Below are positions 40,091 through 44,592 of a stretch of DNA of 44,592 nt, one piece after another. How positions within the stretch are numbered: the first letter of the stretch is position 1; every line of letters starts with the position of its first letter. Source of the stretch: a virus (taxonomy: Duplodnaviria > Caudoviricetes); IMG/VR virus record IMGVR_UViG_3300043451_000190, positions 1-44,592 of that record; one strand, written 5' to 3'. A program made the position numbers and the translations under genes. The notes beneath the pieces were generated by a model, which was not told the DNA's origin, did no database searches, and saw only the letters and a program-made list of their open reading frames with translations.

Positions 40091-40738
40091 TTATTTTTTT
40101 ATTAAAAACGCATTTGGAAATATTTGTACATTTTCCGATGGTATATTTTCTCTTTCTATTAATTCATTCATTGCTCTTAAAACTGATGGATAAGCATCTA
40201 TATCATCTCCTCCCATATATCCACCTACTTTAACTCTACTCCACCAATTATCCAAATCCAATTTTACAATCTCATAGTTATGGTCACCATCTACATATAC
40301 AAACTTAAGAGATTCTTCATCATACCATTTCCACAACCATCTACTATCTCCAATCATAAGGTTGATATAATCTTCAACCCCACATAAACGATAATGAGCT
40401 TTAATTAATTCATCAATTGGAATATCTTTAAGTTGTTCGGAAAATCTATATTCATAAAATGATTTGGGATGATCCCCTCTTCTAACATCCGCATCAATTT
40501 GCCAAAGAGAATCTATTGTATCAAATTTTATCTTCTTTCCACTTTCTTTGATTAAAGATGCCATATAAATCGTAGATTGACCAAAGAATGTACCAATCTC
40601 AACTATTGAATCACCATCTTCTAATTTTTGAATTATTATATTATAGATGTCTTCTGCACATCCTATCCAACCTGGAACATCTTCGTAAGTCTTAATCTTC
40701 CCGATTTCGTACTTATCCTTTATTGTATGTAACCTCAT
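40091..40738 (-). CDS. Class I SAM-dependent methyltransferase (Methyltransf_24-like)
   Basis: VEIGTFFGQST, VYVDGDHNYE..DL..W..VKVGG..GDD. Start moved to ATG 40738 because the track's extension overlaps the capsid terminator. Confidence 0.85.
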   Translation of the reverse strand: MRLHTIKDKYEIGKIKTYEDVPGWIGCAEDIYNIIIQKLEDGDSIVEIGTFFGQSTIYMASLIKESGKKIKFDTIDSLWQIDADVRRGDHPKSFYEYRFSEQLKDIPIDELIKAHYRLCGVEDYINLMIGDSRWLWKWYDEESLKFVYVDGDHNYEIVKLDLDNWWSRVKVGGYMGGDDIDAYPSVLRAMNELIERENIPSENVQIFPNAFLIKK

Positions 40739-40761
40739 ATTATTATATATAAAAAAGACAT

Positions 40762-40787
40762 AAAAAAGGGGATGATTACTCACCCCC
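40762..40787 (-). terminator. Rho-independent terminator after the major capsid gene
   Basis: GGGGGTGA-GTAA-TCATCCCC then T6 on the minus strand. Confidence 0.85.
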
Positions 40788-40830
40788 TAATTTATTTTAT
40801 GATGTTAATTTATTTAACTGAATCCGAAGA

Positions 40831-42501
40831 TTACAAGTTAGCTAAATCTTTAACATAAATCTTACCATAGAACTCTGGTCTTACGATCTTCTTAGCGTAT
40901 CTTGTCATAACACCACGTCTAGGAGTGAAGTTATCTGGGTCGTACACTAATGGAGTCATAATCAATGGTACATATGGAGCATATACCGCACCTGTCTCTA
41001 AGAAGTTAGCACCTTTGAATCCTAATAAAATTTGATTAGAAGTCATGTAAGGGTTCTTATAAACTGTGTATCTGTTAGAGATTGAACCTACTACTGATAC
41101 ACCAGCTGCAAATTGTAATGCATCTTTCTCAGCATTCACGTGGAATCCTGGGATTGATTCTAAAATTGTAGCTACATCTGGAGAACAAACGATGAAGTTT
41201 GCACCACCTCTCATAGTTAATTGGTGAATCTTGTTAGATACTTTGTTTAACTTAACTCCTAAAGTCTGGAACCAAGTTGATTTTTGGTATGCCAATGAAG
41301 AAGAACCTGCAGTCCAAGTTCCAGTTGATTGGTTATACTCTTCACCTACTGTTGTTGACCAGTAATCAACTGTCAATGCATTAACTTGTAACATATCTAA
41401 GATTTCTAAGTCGATTTCTAAAGAGATGTATTCAGATAACATTGAAGTTAATTCCGCTTCAGCATCAATTGAGTGATAAGCGTTTAAGTCTTGTGCCAAC
41501 TCTGGAGTCCACACAGCCTTTAATTTTCTTGTTTTAGCAACGATTGATTCGCTCTTCAATTCCAAATCAACTTCTGGAATATTCAAGTTAGTACCACCAT
41601 CTGGACCACCAGTGATTGGGTCTCTATCTTCAAAATCACCTCTATCGTAAGCAACAGGTTGTGTTGGATAGTGTGCTAATAATTGACCTGTGAAAGTCTT
41701 AGAACCAGTTGTGAAAGCAGTTGCAGAAGATGCAGAGAAGAACAATGTAATTGTAGAACCTGCATAGTTGTGTTGTGCTAATTCAGCAACTTGATCCATA
41801 TTACCATCAGCAGAAGGAACTGCAGAACCTGAAGCGGCTACTGAACCAGTTGTTGATGTGAATTGGATTAATTTGATACCTTCTAAATCTACATTTGTTA
41901 ATAAGCTAGAAGCAATTACTACTTTTCTTAATTGCTTTCCTTCAACTGATGCAGAGTATGCAGCGTTGAATCCAGTATCAGCGTGAGATGCATCAGTGAT
42001 AGTTGCAGCAGTTACAGATGCTGATACAAATGGAGCCGTAGTGTATCCATATTGACCTTCACCATATAAACCACCTGTTGCAGCGTCAGTTCTACCGAAC
42101 TTAGCACCAGTACCACCATATAAAGAATCACCTAAAGTTTTTCCTTGATTGTTTGAGCCATATTTGAAATCCATGAAGAAAATCAAACCTGAAGGTAAGT
42201 TCATTGGTTGAACTGAAACGAATTCCTTCGCAGCGATTTCACCAAAAATTCTTCTTACCAATGGTAAAGCAACACCAGACCACTCTTCTGATCCAGCTGC
42301 AGTACCCGTAGCGTTAGCTTCAGATAATAATTGTTGTGCTTGGTTTTCTAAAAGCACTGCCATTGAATGTTGGTCTCTTTCTTTTAAGCCTTCTAACAAA
42401 GATGTTTTTTCCCACTTTGTTCTTAAACCTCTAGTTTGCTCCAACATTACGGCTTGAGGATTTTTCGCCTCTAATAATGATTTAACATTAAAGTTTGCCA
42501 T
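40831..42501 (-). CDS. Major capsid protein (T4 gp23-like)
   Basis: LPLVRR, VQPMNLPSGLIF, AKTRKLKAVWTPELAQDL.A.H..DAEAEL, YAPYVPL, GVMTRY. Confidence 0.97.
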   Translation of the reverse strand: MANFNVKSLLEAKNPQAVMLEQTRGLRTKWEKTSLLEGLKERDQHSMAVLLENQAQQLLSEANATGTAAGSEEWSGVALPLVRRIFGEIAAKEFVSVQPMNLPSGLIFFMDFKYGSNNQGKTLGDSLYGGTGAKFGRTDAATGGLYGEGQYGYTTAPFVSASVTAATITDASHADTGFNAAYSASVEGKQLRKVVIASSLLTNVDLEGIKLIQFTSTTGSVAASGSAVPSADGNMDQVAELAQHNYAGSTITLFFSASSATAFTTGSKTFTGQLLAHYPTQPVAYDRGDFEDRDPITGGPDGGTNLNIPEVDLELKSESIVAKTRKLKAVWTPELAQDLNAYHSIDAEAELTSMLSEYISLEIDLEILDMLQVNALTVDYWSTTVGEEYNQSTGTWTAGSSSLAYQKSTWFQTLGVKLNKVSNKIHQLTMRGGANFIVCSPDVATILESIPGFHVNAEKDALQFAAGVSVVGSISNRYTVYKNPYMTSNQILLGFKGANFLETGAVYAPYVPLIMTPLVYDPDNFTPRRGVMTRYAKKIVRPEFYGKIYVKDLANL

Positions 42502-42532
42502 TTTGTTATTTGTTTTTAATTTTTTTGTTCAA

Positions 42533-43627
42533 TTACTTGATAATACCAGCTAATTTTCTGAATCTATCTGCTGCAGAATTATCTTCAGCGATAATTTGTT
42601 TTGCAGGTGCAGTAGATTGTGCTGGTTTTGATGCATAACTTTCAGTAAGTTTAGTTGCAGTTTTCTTAGTTGCAGTTGAACCAATTTTAAATGATTCTGC
42701 AATTGTAGTGTAAACTAATTTAACTTCTCTTACATTTTTAGTTCTATCTAATGTTTCAACAACTTTAGATTTTTGTTCGTTTGTTAAGTTATATCCTCTG
42801 AACAATTTGTTCACATATAATAACTTAGCGTTTAAAAGATTTACTTCGTTGATAGTTTTCTTTAAAGATGCGATAACTGCGTATGCTTCACCTAATTCAG
42901 CTTCTTTAGCCGCTAATTCTGCGTTTGCATCATCTGCATCAGCATCATCAGATTCAGCTACTGGAGCTTCTTCTTCAGGTTGGTCATCACCATATCCCAT
43001 TTCTCTTAAGATTTCATCTAAATCGATTTCATCTTCTGCTGGAGCTTCTTCAGCTGCTGGAGCTTCTGCCGCTGGTGCTTCTTCAGCTTCTGGAGCATCT
43101 TCTCCTTCAACTGTTGCCACCGGTGCTTCTTCTGCATCTACATCTGCTTCTGCTTCTAATTCTTTGATGATTTCATCGATATCTAAATCGTCTTCATCAC
43201 CTTCTTCTTCATTCATTGCTGAATCAGGAGTTGCACCTGTGATGTCTTTTTCTTCTTCTTCTCCTTCAGTGATACCTGCTACTTTTTCAGTGTTCTCATC
43301 TTCAGAACCAACTTCTGCAGAAATTTGGTCAACATCTGCTGCTGCTAATTCGTCTGATTTTGCTGCTGAATCGAAAGCTGCGGCTGCTGGCATTTTAGTA
43401 CCATCACCTTTACCGATTTCAGAAGATACATCATTCTCTTGAGTCATTTCTGGAGCTTCCTCTTCTTTTTGGTCATCGCCTTCTAATTCTTCTTGTAATT
43501 TTCTAGAAAGCATAGATTGCAATTTCGGAGTGAATGCTTCTTCAAGAGCGATTTTTGCGTTTGCTAATGCGGTTTCTCTAACGGCTTTAGCGTCTGCAAT
43601 TGCTTCTTTTAACAATTTGCTATTCAT
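42533..43627 (-). CDS. Prohead core scaffolding protein (gp22-like)
   Basis: Helical termini with a very acidic disordered centre; lies between protease and capsid gene. Confidence 0.75.
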   Translation of the reverse strand: MNSKLLKEAIADAKAVRETALANAKIALEEAFTPKLQSMLSRKLQEELEGDDQKEEEAPEMTQENDVSSEIGKGDGTKMPAAAAFDSAAKSDELAAADVDQISAEVGSEDENTEKVAGITEGEEEEKDITGATPDSAMNEEEGDEDDLDIDEIIKELEAEADVDAEEAPVATVEGEDAPEAEEAPAAEAPAAEEAPAEDEIDLDEILREMGYGDDQPEEEAPVAESDDADADDANAELAAKEAELGEAYAVIASLKKTINEVNLLNAKLLYVNKLFRGYNLTNEQKSKVVETLDRTKNVREVKLVYTTIAESFKIGSTATKKTATKLTESYASKPAQSTAPAKQIIAEDNSAADRFRKLAGIIK

Positions 43628-43770
43628 CTTATTTTTGTGAATTTGCTTGGACTAATGATTTTGTGCCCAAATGATATTAGTTGATTATAGGGTGACCTCA
43701 TATAAGAAGATGAGGTATTTGAATCAATTATAAATAAATATATAATTTTTTTAGAAAACTAAAGAAATTA

Positions 43771-43992
43771 TTAAAAATTATTTAAATATTTGTTTTTGTG
43801 TATAGTTTTTTCCCTTTGTAATCTTTTTTTAGCCGAAGGTTTTGTGTATTCAGCTCTTTCTCTTAATTCTTTTACTATACCTAATTTAAAAGTTTTATTC
43901 TTTAAAACCTTTAATGCCTTTTCTAAATTTTTTTGAGATTCTTCCATAGAAGCTCCTCTTGCAATATGAATTTCTATATTGGTTAATGCCAT
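43771..43992 (-). CDS. rpsU: Phage-encoded ribosomal protein bS21
   Basis: LEKALKVLKNK..GIVKELRERAEYTKPSAKKR matches the bS21 pattern (ALRRFK..G...E.R.RE.YEKP). Confidence 0.85.
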   Translation of the reverse strand: MALTNIEIHIARGASMEESQKNLEKALKVLKNKTFKLGIVKELRERAEYTKPSAKKRLQREKTIHKNKYLNNF

Positions 43993-44591
43993 TATGCTAA
44001 TTCTTCGATTATTTCTCTAATTAAGTTTTGTGATTTACACCACTCACCACAAACATCAGTTCCAATAGATTCATTTAATTGATGCTTTACCGATTCATTT
44101 AATGATTCCATAAATGCACCTTGTGTTGATGGGTTTGATACGAAATCCCAACCAATCAATTCAAAATCTTCACCAACCTTTACTTTGTTACCACCCATAG
44201 ATTCTACTGAACCCATACCTCTTGATGATATACCTAATCTGATACCTGCTCTTAATAATTCTTTTAGAATGTTTCCAGATGGAGTAGGTAGGATTTCAAC
44301 CACACCAACTACATCATTACCATTCCAACTACATTCTCTGATATTATGAGATACATTTTTTAAACTAACCACTGAAGATTCAGGATGGTCTAATTCACCT
44401 AATGCTCTTTTTTCTTTAATTAGCTGTTGGTATTTTTCAACTTCTCTTTCTAATATTTGCTTTGGATACACTCTACCATTTTGGTTTTGTGCATCTGCTC
44501 TTTGCAATACACCTTTAACCAAAACTACTCCATTTTCGTCTTCGTTAATCTTTCCCTCAAATAAATGTGTTTCTATTAAAAGTGATTTCAT
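43992..44591 (-). CDS. Prohead protease (T4 gp21-like)
   Basis: NQNGRVYP, ALGELDHP, VSH, TPSGNI, LGISSRGMGS, DFVSNPS. Confidence 0.95.
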   Translation of the reverse strand: MKSLLIETHLFEGKINEDENGVVLVKGVLQRADAQNQNGRVYPKQILEREVEKYQQLIKEKRALGELDHPESSVVSLKNVSHNIRECSWNGNDVVGVVEILPTPSGNILKELLRAGIRLGISSRGMGSVESMGGNKVKVGEDFELIGWDFVSNPSTQGAFMESLNESVKHQLNESIGTDVCGEWCKSQNLIREIIEELA

Positions 44592-44592
44592 T

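Noticed and set aside
40739-40783. N-terminal extension of the methyltransferase given in the ORF track
   Set aside because: Overlaps the capsid terminator hairpin; ATG 40738 is more plausible.
42807-43442. 211-aa plus-strand ORF and the other plus-strand ORFs in the track (e.g. 1016, 11009, 19254, 36047, 36836)
   Set aside because: Antisense shadows of low-complexity or codon-biased minus-strand genes; no motifs or expression signals.
1-44592. Stop-codon reassignment
   Set aside because: Genes are full length and densely packed under the standard code, with TAG and TGA used as real stops.

Overview
AT-rich segment of a large T4-like (myovirus-type) bacteriophage genome containing the virion morphogenesis module. 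Every credible gene is on the minus strand. In transcription order (right to left): gp21-like prohead protease, phage-encoded ribosomal protein bS21, scaffold, gp23-like major capsid protein, SAM methyltransferase, Dps/ferritin-like protein, gp13/14/15-like neck and terminator proteins, then about 19 kb of Ser/Thr-rich fibre/appendage genes. That block includes two paralogous fibres with S74 chaperones, a LamG lectin, an ALK/LTK-type Gly-rich protein, an embedded glycosyltransferase and a Hint-domain protein. It is followed by sheath, tube, a 3-gene island with its own duplicated promoters, a gp26-like chaperone with a probable frameshifted gp51-like extension, tape measure, baseplate genes, a PhyH-like oxygenase, a minimal divergent PolA-fold protein, a second 2OG-Fe(II) oxygenase, and a truncated large acidic protein with a TIKI/EreA/ChaN-like motif set. 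TAnnTTTG-type promoters, leaders without Shine-Dalgarno sites and bS21 point to a Bacteroidota host (inference). Best novelty candidates: (1) a possible virion-wide glycosylation system, with [ST]-[GAS]-S tripeptides saturating surface proteins plus a co-transcribed glycosyltransferase; (2) a switch-like structured RNA leader at about 26935-27080; (3) a PolA-fold enzyme with an altered steric gate, flanked by two oxygenases; (4) a non-splicing Hint domain in a virion protein; (5) a -2/+1 frameshift; (6) a late-promoter motif that is the reverse complement of the T4 late promoter. All family assignments come from motif recognition by eye; no searches were run.
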